64,000 nucleotides of DNA from Enterobacter phage CC31. Positions 27,986 to 38,332 of the stretch are shown here, one piece after another. Made by a program: the position numbers and the translations under genes. The notes beneath the pieces were generated by a model. That model ran no database searches, had not been told where the DNA came from, and saw only the letters and a program-made list of their open reading frames with translations. The stretch lies in sequence record NC_014662.1. The stretch is one strand, 5' to 3'. The first letter of the stretch is position 1. Every line of letters starts with the position of its first letter.

Positions 27986-28003
27986 AGACCGAGTGATTGG
28001 TCT
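27986..28003 (-). promoter_or_regulatory. candidate gp43 translational operator hairpin
   Basis: minus-strand RNA AGACC-AAUCACUC-GGUCU (5-bp stem, 8-nt loop) about 20 nt upstream of gene 43 ATG, then AAGGAAA RBS; same architecture as recalled T4 operator. Confidence 0.4.
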
Positions 28004-28014
28004 TTGGTGTGTCT

Positions 28015-28039
28015 ATTATACTCCGCTCTGCCGATAGCA
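28015..28039 (-). promoter_or_regulatory. putative middle-type promoter upstream of gene 43
   Basis: minus TGCTATC (MotA-box variant), 12-nt spacer, TATAAT (plus 28015-28020). Confidence 0.3.
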
Positions 28040-28042
28040 GAA

Positions 28043-28058
28043 AGGGCCCGAAGGCCCT
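28043..28058 (-). terminator. terminator-like hairpin AGGGCC-UUCG-GGCCCU
   Basis: 6-bp GC stem with tetraloop, followed on minus by UUUCUGCU; between small ORF and gene 43. Confidence 0.5.
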
Positions 28059-28060
28059 CT

Positions 28061-28222
28061 TTAGATTTGTGCAGCTTCGTATTGAACTACGCCTTCTTCG
28101 TCTTTCCAATACGCCATGAAAGCGTAACCATCAGGATAAACTCGTTTTCCATCTGGAGTCATGGCAGCACGAAGTTGTTCTTTTTGACGTTCAATTTGTT
28201 CTTCTTTAGTACCTTCAAACAT
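28061..28222 (-). CDS. small hypothetical protein (53 aa)
   Basis: ATG at 28220-28222 overlaps regA stop (TAATG); AGGTG RBS; track ORF started further upstream. Confidence 0.4.
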   Translation of the reverse strand: MFEGTKEEQIERQKEQLRAAMTPDGKRVYPDGYAFMAYWKDEEGVVQYEAAQI

Positions 28223-28587
28223 TATGCACCTATCGTGTATTTTGATTTGAGAGTCCATTCAGATTTCTGCTGGAACGTAATAACGCGGAAGTTATTCTGC
28301 ATTTCAGCAAGATGAACATCCGGAGTCACGATATCAAGTAAGCCCCATCCTTGTAATAGTTGGGCAATTGAATCTCGACGGATGTAGTCTTCAGAATCAA
28401 TAGTAACAGGACGACCATCGAGTTTCAACATTTCTTTGAAGTGAACGATGTAGTACTTGCCCTGTTTCTGAAGAATGTGGCAACTTTGATATAGTACCTT
28501 ATCTTTGTTATTAGCAATACCCATACGAGTTAGGGTTTCTTTCACTTTCAGAAAATCTTCAGGTTGTTTCAGAGTAATTTCAATCAT
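28222..28587 (-). CDS. regA: RegA translational repressor
   Basis: 121 aa; MIEITLKxPEDFLKVKETLTRMGIANNKDKVLYQSCHILQK almost identical to recalled T4 RegA. Confidence 0.92.
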   Translation of the reverse strand: MIEITLKQPEDFLKVKETLTRMGIANNKDKVLYQSCHILQKQGKYYIVHFKEMLKLDGRPVTIDSEDYIRRDSIAQLLQGWGLLDIVTPDVHLAEMQNNFRVITFQQKSEWTLKSKYTIGA

Positions 28588-28588
28588 T

Positions 28589-29152
28589 TTACCATTCCAA
28601 TGCTAATTTTTTAAGTTGCTTTTGTTCTTTCACGTTTTTGGTAATGCTTTTGACCAGCTCATCAGTCACTGTACCTTTAAGACGTTTTAATGTCTCAGAC
28701 AGTTTATTTTTGTTGGCTAGAGTCACTCTATAACGCTCAGCGTCATTGATATTGATTGTATAATGATTCATCAATACTTTCAGAACAAGTGTCTCCTGGG
28801 CGCTCTCGTTTAACTTAGCCCACTTACCAAAACGACGTCCACGAGGAACAGCCGCTTTCAGATAATTGAAGTGAGCTTCATCTGACAAGCCAGAACCAAC
28901 TAAATTCATCACATAAACTGATGGCATACATTCTGGAAATTGAGATAGAGCATTTTCTACCATGAACTTCGAATAATCACGAGTTCCGATTGAGATATCT
29001 TTCTTCTCGTTAATTGCACCGATTATTGCGAAGAATTCATTTTCTGCTGTTTCTTTGAAAGTATCAGAGAGACGTTTAATCTCCGCCTCATCTTTACTAT
29101 ACCAAGCAATCTGGTGTTCGTTCAGCTGAACGTCATCTTCGAATAAACTCAT
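28589..29152 (-). CDS. 62: clamp loader small subunit
   Basis: 187 aa; MSLFxDDxQLNEHQxAWYSKD and C-terminal [14 protein letters not shown] match recalled T4 gp62. Confidence 0.9.
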   Translation of the reverse strand: MSLFEDDVQLNEHQIAWYSKDEAEIKRLSDTFKETAENEFFAIIGAINEKKDISIGTRDYSKFMVENALSQFPECMPSVYVMNLVGSGLSDEAHFNYLKAAVPRGRRFGKWAKLNESAQETLVLKVLMNHYTININDAERYRVTLANKNKLSETLKRLKGTVTDELVKSITKNVKEQKQLKKLALEW

Positions 29153-30108
29153 TTGAATTGCATCTCTACAACAAGTTGCATGAACATATAAGTTATGTGC
29201 AGTTCCGTTGAAGCTGCTACACCATGATATTGATTGTTCTCACCGACAATCTCATACATCCGAATTATGCTGGCTTTATCAAGTTTAGTGTAAAGCTCGT
29301 TGGCAAGTTTCTCGATAAACCAAGAATAATTGACCGCATACTTAGGAGCCAGTGCACGAAGTTGTTTAACGTCTTTAGATTTCAGTGCATCAAGAACATC
29401 ACTGATATCACCAGAAGTTTTTGTCACCAAATCCAAAATTCCCGAGTCAATAACACCCTTGGAAGAATAATGGTCCAAATCACCAATCGTCTTACGAAAA
29501 TCTGGGAAGTTCTTGTTAACCAAAGCCGCAATGACTTTAAGGTCTTCAACCTTGATATTTTCATTTTTGCAGATTTCTACACAACGACGAATCATCTCTT
29601 TCATCATGTTGCGTTTATCGTCATCAGTTGCTTGACCGAATTTGATAACACGGCAACGAGATTGAAGTGGTTCAATAATACCGTCAATGTTGTTAGCAGT
29701 GATGATGATTGTACAGTTGCTTGAATAAGCTTCCATGAAAGAACGTAAGTGACGTTGAGATTCAGCAAGACCTGAACGGTCAAATTCGTCAATCACAATA
29801 ACTTTCTGCTTACCAGATAATGAAGCAGCAGTTGCAAAGTTTGTTAGTGGTCCGCGTACGAAATCAATCTTACAATCTGAACCGTTAACGAACATCATTT
29901 CAACACCGACGTCGTTACAAAGTGCTTTTGCTAAAGTAGTTTTGCCTGTACCTGGAGATGCAGATACTAGAATCATATGAGGGATAGTGCCTTTCTTGAT
30001 GATAGCATCAAATACTTGGCGGTCAAATTCCGGAAGAATACATTCCGAAATTGATTGTGGACGATATTTCTGCTCGAAGATGTGTTCTTTTTCGTTAATG
30101 CTTAACAT
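29149..30108 (-). CDS. 44: clamp loader large subunit (AAA+)
   Basis: 319 aa; NEKEHIxEQKYRP, SPGTGKTT Walker A, match recalled T4 gp44. Confidence 0.92.
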   Translation of the reverse strand: MLSINEKEHIFEQKYRPQSISECILPEFDRQVFDAIIKKGTIPHMILVSASPGTGKTTLAKALCNDVGVEMMFVNGSDCKIDFVRGPLTNFATAASLSGKQKVIVIDEFDRSGLAESQRHLRSFMEAYSSNCTIIITANNIDGIIEPLQSRCRVIKFGQATDDDKRNMMKEMIRRCVEICKNENIKVEDLKVIAALVNKNFPDFRKTIGDLDHYSSKGVIDSGILDLVTKTSGDISDVLDALKSKDVKQLRALAPKYAVNYSWFIEKLANELYTKLDKASIIRMYEIVGENNQYHGVAASTELHITYMFMQLVVEMQFK

Positions 30109-30167
30109 AATTTCCTCATATTGAATTAATCAAATCAGTGGATGGTCCGAAGACCATCCTATCACAA

Positions 30168-30854
30168 TTAGAAATCGTGAGTACTATCTGCTTCCATTGC
30201 TACTACATAACTTGCATGTTCGCCTTCGAACTTAGCAGCAGTTTTCTTACCCTGTGCCCAGAGCAGCAGTTTATAATCGGCAGGCTGCATCTTCATGTTA
30301 CCCATATTGATAACAAAGTTGAAGTTATTCGTGCCGTCATAATCACCGAGAGTCAGAGAATATTTGGTACGAACCAGAGCAGAATCTTCTACCTTATTGA
30401 AACCGTTCAGAACAATCTTACCATCTTTATTAGTGATGGTGATTGTGTCAATCTGCAGACCGCGAGATACTCGCATCAGCTGTTGCAAGTCTTCAGATTT
30501 GAAGTCAACGATAACAGAAGCAACCGGGAATGGAATTGGCTTGCTTGGGAATACGATAGTGCTTGGGTCAGCTGCTGGCCAGAAAATGGTTGAACGAGCA
30601 TCGGCAATTTTGATGTTACCGTCATCAGCCAGAGAAATTTCTGCATCTTCATTAACCAGAGACAGAATACCAAGGAAGCCGTTCAGTTCATAAATCGCAA
30701 CTTCAAAATCAATCTCGTCGGCGATAGTTGCTTCAGCGTAAGTTGTACCATTAACTGCACGAGTCATGATAAACTTACCAGGTTTCAGCATAATACCAGA
30801 GTTGATGGTAGAGAAGTTTTTCAGAATATTCAGAGTATCTTTAGACAGTTTCAT
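30168..30854 (-). CDS. 45: sliding clamp
   Basis: 228 aa; near-identical to recalled T4 gp45 (MKLSKDT, FIMTRAVNGTTYAEA, KFEGEHAxYVVAxEADSTHDF). Confidence 0.93.
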   Translation of the reverse strand: MKLSKDTLNILKNFSTINSGIMLKPGKFIMTRAVNGTTYAEATIADEIDFEVAIYELNGFLGILSLVNEDAEISLADDGNIKIADARSTIFWPAADPSTIVFPSKPIPFPVASVIVDFKSEDLQQLMRVSRGLQIDTITITNKDGKIVLNGFNKVEDSALVRTKYSLTLGDYDGTNNFNFVINMGNMKMQPADYKLLLWAQGKKTAAKFEGEHASYVVAMEADSTHDF

Positions 30855-30862
30855 GTTTTTCC

Positions 30863-31288
30863 TTAGTTCAATTCAATTTCAGTTTCAGATGATTCAGATT
30901 TTACAACAAATGGAGCGAAGCTATCATAAACTTCTTGAGCAACGATTTCAGCAGCTACCAACAGCTGTTCATCAGCGTTAGTACAGAATTCGTCTTCCAG
31001 ACGTTCACCACCGACCTTATCAAGAATAACTTTAGCACCGGCTTTAATTGAACGGTCGTAGTGCTTACGCATTACTTCAATCCACTTTTCAGAGACTGAA
31101 TTATCAACAGAAGAGTAATAAGCGAAGCGAACTTCTGCATCTGGCAGTTTACGTTTAATAGCTTCTTTAATTTCTTCAGGCAGCATCAGAACCCATGCAC
31201 GACGGATTTTATTCTGATTGTTCGGGTTGGAGTCAGTACGTACGTTTTTAGGTTGGATTTCTTTAACATCAGTAACGATATTCAGCAT
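30863..31288 (-). CDS. rpbA: RNA polymerase-binding protein RpbA (by position)
   Basis: 141-aa ORF immediately downstream of gene 45 as in T4. Confidence 0.65.
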   Translation of the reverse strand: MLNIVTDVKEIQPKNVRTDSNPNNQNKIRRAWVLMLPEEIKEAIKRKLPDAEVRFAYYSSVDNSVSEKWIEVMRKHYDRSIKAGAKVILDKVGGERLEDEFCTNADEQLLVAAEIVAQEVYDSFAPFVVKSESSETEIELN

Positions 31289-31299
31289 ATATTATTTTC

Positions 31300-31491
31300 T
31301 CATTCAAAAAATTCAGAAACTGTCCAAGCAGGATGCCTGTTGGAAGATATTTTATCATAGTCTTTACCGAAAGCATCTTTTAAATGCTGTTCAGTAACGA
31401 TATGTTCTTCACCAGAAAAATTATTGATGAGAACATATCTTTTAAGTTCAGGGAACGTTAGTAACTCGTTCCCGGTTGCGTATTGTTTCAT
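31300..31491 (-). CDS. hypothetical protein (45.x position)
   Basis: 63-aa ORF, ATGA-coupled to gene 46. Confidence 0.45.
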   Translation of the reverse strand: MKQYATGNELLTFPELKRYVLINNFSGEEHIVTEQHLKDAFGKDYDKISSNRHPAWTVSEFFE

Positions 31492-33176
31492 TCCAGTACC
31501 GTAAAGCGACCAACTTTCTTCATTTGAAGATGTTGACCGTATGCTTGAGGGTCATGGTCACGATGGCTGATGATGAAGATATTTGAATCTTGCATCTTGT
31601 TGAGTATTTGTGTGATAGATTTTACACCATCAACGTCCGTAGCAGAATCGAATACTTCGTCTAAGAACAAACAGTTAATCTTAACACCAGATACTAATTC
31701 AGCTATATCACGCCAAGTGAATAACAGCGCAATATCAATACGTGCCTTTTCACCCTGACTAAAAGAGTTGTAACTAAATTCTTCGCGTCCGCGAGATTTG
31801 ATAGTTTCATTGAACTCTTCGTTCAAAGTAAAGACATAATCAGCATCCATCACTTTCAAATAAGAATTAATTTGCTTATTGAACAACGGAATGTACTTCT
31901 TAATTATTAAGCCTTTAATACCAGAATCCTTGAACATCTCCGTAAGAATACCACGAAGATATTTTTCCATGACTGAATTGGATTTGGTATCAACTATTTT
32001 ATTCAATTCTTCATTAAGCGTTTTGATTTCATCTGAATAATCAATGAACTCTTCAGCTGCTTTATCAATAGCTGCTTTAATCTTGCGAATACGCTCAACA
32101 GCTGCTTTCAACTCTTCAGTTTTGGCTGCTACCTGTCCTCGGATGTCTCTGGCTCGGCGTTTAACCGCTTCATATTCCATCTGGGACGCCTGAAGATTCT
32201 CTAGATGCGTTTTTAACTCAGCATGTTTGATATTACATTCATCAACTTTCGAGTTAATCTGGCCGATTAGAGTGTCACTGGAGTGCAAATCCTGCAAACA
32301 TGTTGGACAATGACCACCTTTATCATACAATGACAGAACTTTTGTGTATGACTCGATGCGGTTCAGGATAGTAATCCCAGCCATTTGAGTCTTTTGAATT
32401 CCTTCAGACACATCGTCTTCTTCACCGATTACGATATTGGCCAGGTTCTTGTTCAACTCATCAATAGCAGAACGAATATTACGAGCATCCGCCATAGACT
32501 CTTCGTACATGTTCTGCCAACGAGCAACGTTTTCACCAGAAAGTTTCTTTTGCTTCTCTATGTTTTCTTCATAGATTTTGATTTGTTGCTGAATTCCGTC
32601 TTTCTTGGCATCTAGAACTTGAACTTGAGAATTCAGTTCTCGAACCAAAGACTTATTCAGTTTATCCATTTCAGCAATGATTGAAACTTCGAGCAGGTCT
32701 TCTACTAACTTTCTTCTAGCGGGTGTACTAAGACCCATAAACGGAGTGTAGCCTGCTGTTCCGAGTACCACGACTTGTTTGAAACTCGTGTATGACATTC
32801 CAATGAGTTCTTCGAAATAACTTTGGAAGTCTTTAACTGAAGCCGCTTCATCAAGCTTAGCACCATCGCGTTCAATTTCAAAGACATTTGGTTTCTGCCC
32901 ACGTTTGATGTAATACGAATGACCATCATATTCCATCCACAATTCACACAGCAATCCTTTCTTGTTTGTGGAATTGATTAATTGGCCTTTCTTGAAATCA
33001 CGGAACGGTTTGCCAAACAATGCGAATGTAATTGCTTCAAGCATTGTACTTTTACCGGCACCATTCTTACCAGTGATTAGTGTTTTGTGGACCTTATCAA
33101 GTTGAATATCAATGGGCTGTCCGCCCACTGACATAATATTCTGATACTTGACTCGGTTCAATTTGAAAATCTTCAT
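31488..33176 (-). CDS. 46: recombination/repair nuclease subunit (SbcC/Rad50-like ATPase)
   Basis: 562 aa; Walker A GKNGAGKST, coiled coil with CPTC hook, C-terminal signature; matches recalled T4 gp46. Confidence 0.92.
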   Translation of the reverse strand: MKIFKLNRVKYQNIMSVGGQPIDIQLDKVHKTLITGKNGAGKSTMLEAITFALFGKPFRDFKKGQLINSTNKKGLLCELWMEYDGHSYYIKRGQKPNVFEIERDGAKLDEAASVKDFQSYFEELIGMSYTSFKQVVVLGTAGYTPFMGLSTPARRKLVEDLLEVSIIAEMDKLNKSLVRELNSQVQVLDAKKDGIQQQIKIYEENIEKQKKLSGENVARWQNMYEESMADARNIRSAIDELNKNLANIVIGEEDDVSEGIQKTQMAGITILNRIESYTKVLSLYDKGGHCPTCLQDLHSSDTLIGQINSKVDECNIKHAELKTHLENLQASQMEYEAVKRRARDIRGQVAAKTEELKAAVERIRKIKAAIDKAAEEFIDYSDEIKTLNEELNKIVDTKSNSVMEKYLRGILTEMFKDSGIKGLIIKKYIPLFNKQINSYLKVMDADYVFTLNEEFNETIKSRGREEFSYNSFSQGEKARIDIALLFTWRDIAELVSGVKINCLFLDEVFDSATDVDGVKSITQILNKMQDSNIFIISHRDHDPQAYGQHLQMKKVGRFTVLE

Positions 33177-34195
33177 TGATTCTGAGCCTCAACATAAAGA
33201 GCTTGTGCAAATTTTTTCAATGCAGCGTTATCAGTTGGAGATAAGTCTTCCAATGCATCAATATATTCTGACATCAAATCTAATAAGCTTTTAACTTCAA
33301 TGTCTTCTTCATCGTCAGATTCAACTGAATTGTCAATCTTAGAAACCATGCGTAGTTCATGAACTACTTTTTCAAGTTCGGTTTCAAACTTAGTGATATC
33401 TTTATCAACATCAGTGACAATTACTCGGACTGAAAGATTTTTGTAGTCGTTGTAATCAATCTTACCAGTGAATGGATATTGAAGTCTTACATGCCAGGTA
33501 GTTTCGTTTGGCACAAAATCCATACTTTCCGTTGCGGTATCGAAAATCCAGAATCCGCGAGGGTCGTTCTCGTCACCTGCTGTAAGGGTCCAGGGAGTGC
33601 CGATATACTTAACATTGGCAGCAGAGGATATAGTATGGAAATGCCCTGACCACACTTGCTTATATGACTTAAGGAAATCTGGCTCGAGACCATGAGATTT
33701 TAAACCTTTGTAGTAATAGAAGCCATTAAGCTCCCAGTGCCCAATACAATACTCTGCAGATGATTCTTTAACATGCTTCATAATAGAAGCTACGTTTTCA
33801 TCGCAAAGCCATGGAATTAGGTCAATTAAGCATCCGTCAAAATCAACAGTAGTAGGCACATCATAAATTTTGATGTGGTCATGTTTGCCTAATACTTCTG
33901 TGATAGCATTGGGATGAATTTTATTCTTATAATGCATGTCGTGGTTTCCGATGATTGTATGCATCGTAATCCCAGCTTCTGCTAGCATATCAGCGATTTC
34001 ACGAGCGAATTCCATCGTCTTGTGAGTGATAGCTTTACGTACGTCAAAAATATCTCCGTACTGAATCCACACAGTAATTCCGTGCTTCTTCGAATACTCA
34101 ATTTTTTGACGAATACCATTACGTTGAATTTCTTGAAGCCAAGGGTCATCACCCTTTACGCCCAGATGCCAGTCACCTGTGTGTAATATTTTCAT
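33173..34195 (-). CDS. 47: recombination/repair nuclease subunit (SbcD/Mre11-like phosphoesterase)
   Basis: 340 aa; MKILHTGDWHLG and GNHD phosphoesterase motifs. Confidence 0.92.
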   Translation of the reverse strand: MKILHTGDWHLGVKGDDPWLQEIQRNGIRQKIEYSKKHGITVWIQYGDIFDVRKAITHKTMEFAREIADMLAEAGITMHTIIGNHDMHYKNKIHPNAITEVLGKHDHIKIYDVPTTVDFDGCLIDLIPWLCDENVASIMKHVKESSAEYCIGHWELNGFYYYKGLKSHGLEPDFLKSYKQVWSGHFHTISSAANVKYIGTPWTLTAGDENDPRGFWIFDTATESMDFVPNETTWHVRLQYPFTGKIDYNDYKNLSVRVIVTDVDKDITKFETELEKVVHELRMVSKIDNSVESDDEEDIEVKSLLDLMSEYIDALEDLSPTDNAALKKFAQALYVEAQNQ

Positions 34196-34212
34196 GTTTT
34201 CACCTCAAAGAG

Positions 34213-34237
34213 ATTATATTCCATACTCCAGAAAGCA
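34213..34237 (-). promoter_or_regulatory. putative MotA-dependent middle promoter upstream of gene 47
   Basis: minus TGCTTTC, 12-nt spacer, TATAAT (plus 34213-34218), about 18 nt before ATG. Confidence 0.4.
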
Positions 34238-34239
34238 GA

Positions 34240-34257
34240 AAGGGCCCGAAGGCCCTT
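34240..34257 (-). terminator. intrinsic terminator hairpin AAGGGCC-UUCG-GGCCCUU
   Basis: identical 18-mer to the 5281 hairpin. Confidence 0.65.
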
Positions 34258-34302
34258 AATTAAAATCCGTCGAATTCATCAAAGACATCGACATCTTCTG
34301 CA

Positions 34303-34566
34303 TCAAATTTTCTTAACGAGAACATAACCCAATTCCTCGGCTAATTTCTTAGCTTCATTGAATTTTTTCCACATTTCAATTTTTGAATTATGAATAGCTT
34401 CATAATCAATTTTTGGTTCTGGTCTTTCAGATGTGTTGCAGATATTGCAAAATATAGAACGCTTTGGACCAATATAATTGATACCACAGTGTCTACATGT
34501 GCACATATAATCGCCAGAAGGCCAATCTTCAGGCATACTACGAGGTAGCATTAAAGTTTCCACCAT
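34303..34566 (-). CDS. zinc-ribbon hypothetical protein
   Basis: 87 aa; CTCRHC...CNIC Cys pairs. Confidence 0.5.
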   Translation of the reverse strand: MVETLMLPRSMPEDWPSGDYMCTCRHCGINYIGPKRSIFCNICNTSERPEPKIDYEAIHNSKIEMWKKFNEAKKLAEELGYVLVKKI

Positions 34567-34725
34567 GGTTTAACTTGGAGAGTATCAACCCATACAACTT
34601 CTTTTGGAGAAGCTTTTACTGCCGGGCCTGTGCTTCCAAGAACACGATAATGAGTTTCGGATAGTTTTACTGCCATGACTCCGTTGGAAACTGACAGAGT
34701 AAAACCTGCATTAACTTTTAAACGC

Positions 34726-35052
34726 TTAAACGGTTTCTGTACCAGCATTGATGATTTCCCATACTTGTTGGCGTGTAGTCTGCCAGTTAACACGGATGAT
34801 TTCGTCATTATAAGGTTGTTTGTAAATGTCACGCAGTTTACAGAGAGCGTACTTATATGCTTCGAAATTATTTTCGAGGACTGCGCCAGCGGCATGGTCA
34901 TTCAGTCGCTTAATTTCACGACGATTCTTTTTGAAGATTTTAGTTGCCATAGCATTTGCACGTCTCTGGCTTTCTTCTTCAATTAAACGCTTAATACGTT
35001 CTTCTTCGTTATCGTCGATTTGTTCTACGCTGTCAATATTACGTTCGTTCAT
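34726..35052 (-). CDS. hypothetical protein
   Basis: 108-aa charged ORF; overlapping alternative-frame ORF 34551..34901 rejected. Confidence 0.5.
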   Translation of the reverse strand: MNERNIDSVEQIDDNEEERIKRLIEEESQRRANAMATKIFKKNRREIKRLNDHAAGAVLENNFEAYKYALCKLRDIYKQPYNDEIIRVNWQTTRQQVWEIINAGTETV

Positions 35053-35057
35053 TTGAC

Positions 35058-35312
35058 CTACTTACTTTTGTAATCAATTGTTATGCTAAAATCATTTTCT
35101 CCTAGATTATAACTGTGAGTTATCTCAGCATTATCAGAAGTGAATTCAGCGTCATGTGGGTTCTTGGGGTCGATGCGAATGTCCAAATCCAATACCTCCC
35201 TCATATACATTTTAAGCAAATAAGGGATAGCATCATAATCGGGCACTTCTTCCAGGAAACCTGCGAGGTTAATCGTCAGCCTCATATAAAAAATCCAAGT
35301 TCGGACCTTCAT
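35058..35312 (-). CDS. hypothetical protein
   Basis: 84-aa ORF, start uncertain (ATG 35312 or 35285). Confidence 0.45.
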   Translation of the reverse strand: MKVRTWIFYMRLTINLAGFLEEVPDYDAIPYLLKMYMREVLDLDIRIDPKNPHDAEFTSDNAEITHSYNLGENDFSITIDYKSK

Positions 35313-35802
35313 CTACAACATCGCTCTTTTTGTCAGACCCTGGCTGTTTGTAGGTGGAGGTTTCGTAATGCGTCATTTTATCGTAGATGTCTTGAATAAA
35401 AGTTTCATCTACTAACGCAACCATATCATCGTCACGAGCGTCATAGACGTTGTGAACAAAATAGCTATACTTTTTAGCAACTTCCTTACGTTCTTTCTTG
35501 ATACGTTGGACGAATGCGTTAAAGCAAGCACGGGTTATATACGCATGCGGGTTGTCGTACTTTGTTTCATCGAAGTTGTGTAGACCTTTAATAGAAGCCT
35601 CTACACCGTCTGAAATCATTTCATCTTTCCAAGAGCGGGTGTACCCCGAAAAGTTAAAACGCTTACTCAGACCCTCAGATATCAACATAATTGCTCTGCC
35701 GATAGTATCATTCTGACGAACGGGTTTACCAGCTTCGCGACATTGCTGTTTCCACTCAGTGATGGCTTTCAGCAACTCCTTATTATTTACATAGTTAGCC
35801 AT
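35269..35802 (-). CDS. 55: late-transcription sigma factor
   Basis: 177 aa; YVNNKELL, [28 protein letters not shown], [30 protein letters not shown] match recalled T4 gp55. Confidence 0.93.
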   Translation of the reverse strand: MANYVNNKELLKAITEWKQQCREAGKPVRQNDTIGRAIMLISEGLSKRFNFSGYTRSWKDEMISDGVEASIKGLHNFDETKYDNPHAYITRACFNAFVQRIKKERKEVAKKYSYFVHNVYDARDDDMVALVDETFIQDIYDKMTHYETSTYKQPGSDKKSDVVDEGPNLDFLYEADD

Positions 35803-35868
35803 ATTACCTCTTCCGCTTCATTTAATAAGAATATTATAACACGTTTGGAGGAAGGGTATTTTAAGCAT

Positions 35869-36165
35869 CTATTTAAGGAGTTCGTAAAGCGAAAAGCACT
35901 TAATCATGAGTTTGCGGAAAGTAACAAAATCGAGTTCTGGCTCAAAAGCATTTTCATTACAGAATCTGAGCCATGATTTCCAAAGTTCGATGTAGCCGTT
36001 TTCATTCAGCTTAGATACATGGCCTCGCCAGACGTATTCTAAACTCGGGCCAGGTTCATTTGAGTCTGAGAATGTAATTCCCATCCACTTATCTACGAAA
36101 AATTCACCTAATCCAGTAACACGGAATGATGTGATTTCAATATTATCTAAAGTAATTCTGCTCAT
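35869..36165 (-). CDS. hypothetical protein
   Basis: 98-aa ORF in 55-nrdG small-gene array. Confidence 0.5.
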   Translation of the reverse strand: MSRITLDNIEITSFRVTGLGEFFVDKWMGITFSDSNEPGPSLEYVWRGHVSKLNENGYIELWKSWLRFCNENAFEPELDFVTFRKLMIKCFSLYELLK

Positions 36166-36413
36166 AGGTCAAATATCCTAAAAGTATCTTCGATTAAAGT
36201 CTTGAACGTATTGAAATGCATAGGTTCAAGGTCTTCACATGTTTCTTCACAGAATTCACGATAAAGAATATCTGGAGTGTAATCACGGAAGATAGCAATA
36301 TCAGATTCCCAGTAAGCACCAGTTTCTTCATCAGAGAAATAAACGGTACCATCACGACGAATAACCCAGTCGCCGTAGTTCAATACTGTGATAGTGAATT
36401 GATTATATTTCAT
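36162..36413 (-). CDS. hypothetical protein
   Basis: 83-aa ORF, ATGA-coupled. Confidence 0.5.
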   Translation of the reverse strand: MKYNQFTITVLNYGDWVIRRDGTVYFSDEETGAYWESDIAIFRDYTPDILYREFCEETCEDLEPMHFNTFKTLIEDTFRIFDL

Positions 36414-36637
36414 AGGATAAGTTCCTTAGCACATTCAATAGCTTCATCCATACTTCCGAATGCATCTACTGAGTGATAATCTTTCCCAGTGTATTCATAA
36501 ACCCACCAGGCGTCAAAATCTTCTTCAATAACGAAATCAACATCGTTCTTTGAAGTACCTTCAATCATTAGGCGGCCGTCTTCAGTACGCTTTGTTTGAA
36601 ATCCGGCTAACTGTAAATCACTTTCAATTTTATTCAT
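36410..36637 (-). CDS. hypothetical protein
   Basis: 75-aa ORF, ATGA-coupled. Confidence 0.5.
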   Translation of the reverse strand: MNKIESDLQLAGFQTKRTEDGRLMIEGTSKNDVDFVIEEDFDAWWVYEYTGKDYHSVDAFGSMDEAIECAKELIL

Positions 36638-36899
36638 CGAGGTACTCCTTCAGTTCTTCCTCTGTCATTCCTTCTTCCCACATATGATAAAAAGGATAAT
36701 CCACACTTCTATCTTGAACTGGGAAATATCTAACTTGGAAATTTTTGTTTATCATTTCGCATGCTTTGAGATAATCAACAGCATTATTGATATCTTCCCA
36801 ATTGGTTCCAAAGACGAATCTAGCGTGCAGTTTAGCATGCCAAACGTCTATTTTATGAGATATCAATATGATAACACTTATGCCTTCGTTCATAACCAC
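36630..36899 (-). CDS. hypothetical protein
   Basis: 89-aa ORF. Confidence 0.5.
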   Translation of the reverse strand: MVMNEGISVIILISHKIDVWHAKLHARFVFGTNWEDINNAVDYLKACEMINKNFQVRYFPVQDRSVDYPFYHMWEEGMTEEELKEYLDE

Positions 36900-37204
36900 T
36901 CCTCTTTATAACCAGGCACAGTCAAATGGATTTCATAACGTGAACGATGACCGTGATGAAGATGAAATTCCATATGAGCCTTAGCACCCATAAAGAAACC
37001 AATAAACATTTCAAGGTCCATTCTTGTTTCAATCATATCTGGCAAAGGCCAGATGAGTTGATTGCTACCTTTAAGCTTAATTGCTTTAAGACTTGGACCA
37101 AATTCCCGGCATAATTTCACCGGAACATAACGCTTATTTGAAGTAAAATCAGCATAAGGCTTGAATCCAGGGTCACATTTGAAGTAGACCTTGACATTTA
37201 TCAT
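36890..37204 (-). CDS. hypothetical protein
   Basis: 104-aa ORF. Confidence 0.5.
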   Translation of the reverse strand: MINVKVYFKCDPGFKPYADFTSNKRYVPVKLCREFGPSLKAIKLKGSNQLIWPLPDMIETRMDLEMFIGFFMGAKAHMEFHLHHGHRSRYEIHLTVPGYKEEWL

Positions 37205-37539
37205 TTGGCGGCCTTGACAATTTTAAGGTCAACGAATCCTTTCTTACGCTGGTTCTTCATCTTACGGATAGTGCTATCAGAGATTTCTTTACGCTTTATA
37301 GTTGGAATACCGAAAGCATCAAGATTAAATTCAGACAGAATGTAAGCAACAACCAGTTCACGGATACGAGCTTTACCAATTTTCTGGTCATTTTCTTTCA
37401 TCGTACCGTGCAGTTCAACTTCCCACTTATCCAGCAACTTAGGAGTCACGATAACGTCTTTGAACTCACCATCAACTTTCATTGCTTCCACCTTCGGGAA
37501 TACGAAAGCGTTCAGTACGTTTTTGATAGCCTGTGACAT
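37201..37539 (-). CDS. hypothetical protein
   Basis: 112-aa ORF, ATGA-coupled. Confidence 0.5.
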   Translation of the reverse strand: MSQAIKNVLNAFVFPKVEAMKVDGEFKDVIVTPKLLDKWEVELHGTMKENDQKIGKARIRELVVAYILSEFNLDAFGIPTIKRKEISDSTIRKMKNQRKKGFVDLKIVKAAK

Positions 37540-37604
37540 ATTGATTTCCTCATTTTAACTAAGTTTGACATAAGAGATTCTATTCCGAATCTCTTATAGC
37601 AAAA

Positions 37605-37871
37605 TTAGCAGTTTTTGACGTATTCGTAGATAGCACGAGTCAGTTCAGCCGCTTCATCTTTTTCAATATCTGAAATCAGAGCATAGATAGCATTAGTGAT
37701 TGAGCTTGGGCGATGACGAGCAGCACTAATTGAAACTTCTGTCATACACGAACGACCACGAAGAACAACTTCAACGTTGTTGATTTCAATGTTCATACGT
37801 TCTTGACCACGGCTTTCAGAACGAATGAAAACTCCTAACTCGACAGTTACTTTCTTTTTCAGTGTAATCAT
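37605..37871 (-). CDS. hypothetical protein
   Basis: 88-aa ORF with AAGGAGAG RBS, downstream of early promoter. Confidence 0.5.
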   Translation of the reverse strand: MITLKKKVTVELGVFIRSESRGQERMNIEINNVEVVLRGRSCMTEVSISAARHRPSSITNAIYALISDIEKDEAAELTRAIYEYVKNC

Positions 37872-37898
37872 GTTACTCTCCTTGGTTGGTGTAAGAGT

Positions 37899-37928
37899 AT
37901 AGTAACACCTTCCGCAACGGATGTAAAC
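37899..37928 (-). promoter_or_regulatory. T4-type early promoter
   Basis: minus GTTTAC (plus 37923-37928), 18-nt spacer, TACTAT (plus 37899-37904). Confidence 0.45.
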
Positions 37929-37941
37929 GGTTGGTAGAAAT

Positions 37942-37966
37942 AAAAATGGGGACCGCTAGGGTCCCC
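37942..37966 (-). terminator. intrinsic terminator GGGGACC-loop-GGUCCCC + U-run
   Basis: 7-bp stem 37948..37966 with plus-strand A-run (minus U-tail) 37942..37947. Confidence 0.65.
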
Positions 37967-38017
37967 GAAGATGTGAGCCATATGTTTATATGGACTTCAA
38001 AAGAAAGTGTCTTAGAG

Positions 38018-38332
38018 TTAATCCAGCGAATCGAGGTCGTAACCTAGTTCACCGAGTCTTTCTTTTATTGTTCTTAGATTTGGGTAATATACACCACCGA
38101 GGATGACGACCGGGTAATTGACGCGCTTGCTTGGGAAAACTCCTGAGGCTTTAGCGGCTTCTTCAATCGCCTTGTAGTTGTATTGGACGTCACCGGCCAT
38201 GTAGATAACGTCGATGAACTCATACGGAATTTTGAATTCGTCAAAAATTTCTTTGACTGCTGCGCAACCAGCGCAGCGATAGACGTCTTCCGGAATTCCA
38301 TAAATTTTAGCTCTTAGTTGTGAGTTTTCCAT
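38018..38332 (-). CDS. glutaredoxin-like (thioredoxin-fold) protein, NrdH-like
   Basis: CAGC active-site CxxC after KIYGIP strand; C-terminal VVILGGVYY like Grx GG motif; start at ATG 38330-38332 with GAGGT RBS. Confidence 0.6.
   Translation of the reverse strand: MENSQLRAKIYGIPEDVYRCAGCAAVKEIFDEFKIPYEFIDVIYMAGDVQYNYKAIEEAAKASGVFPSKRVNYPVVILGGVYYPNLRTIKERLGELGYDLDSLD

Noticed and set aside
34551-34901. 116-aa minus-strand ORF overlapping the 108-aa gene at 34726..35052
   Set aside because: Out-of-frame overlap with a better-looking charged ORF; translation is Ser/Thr/Val-rich with no RBS; at most its last about 40 codons could be a separate micro-gene.
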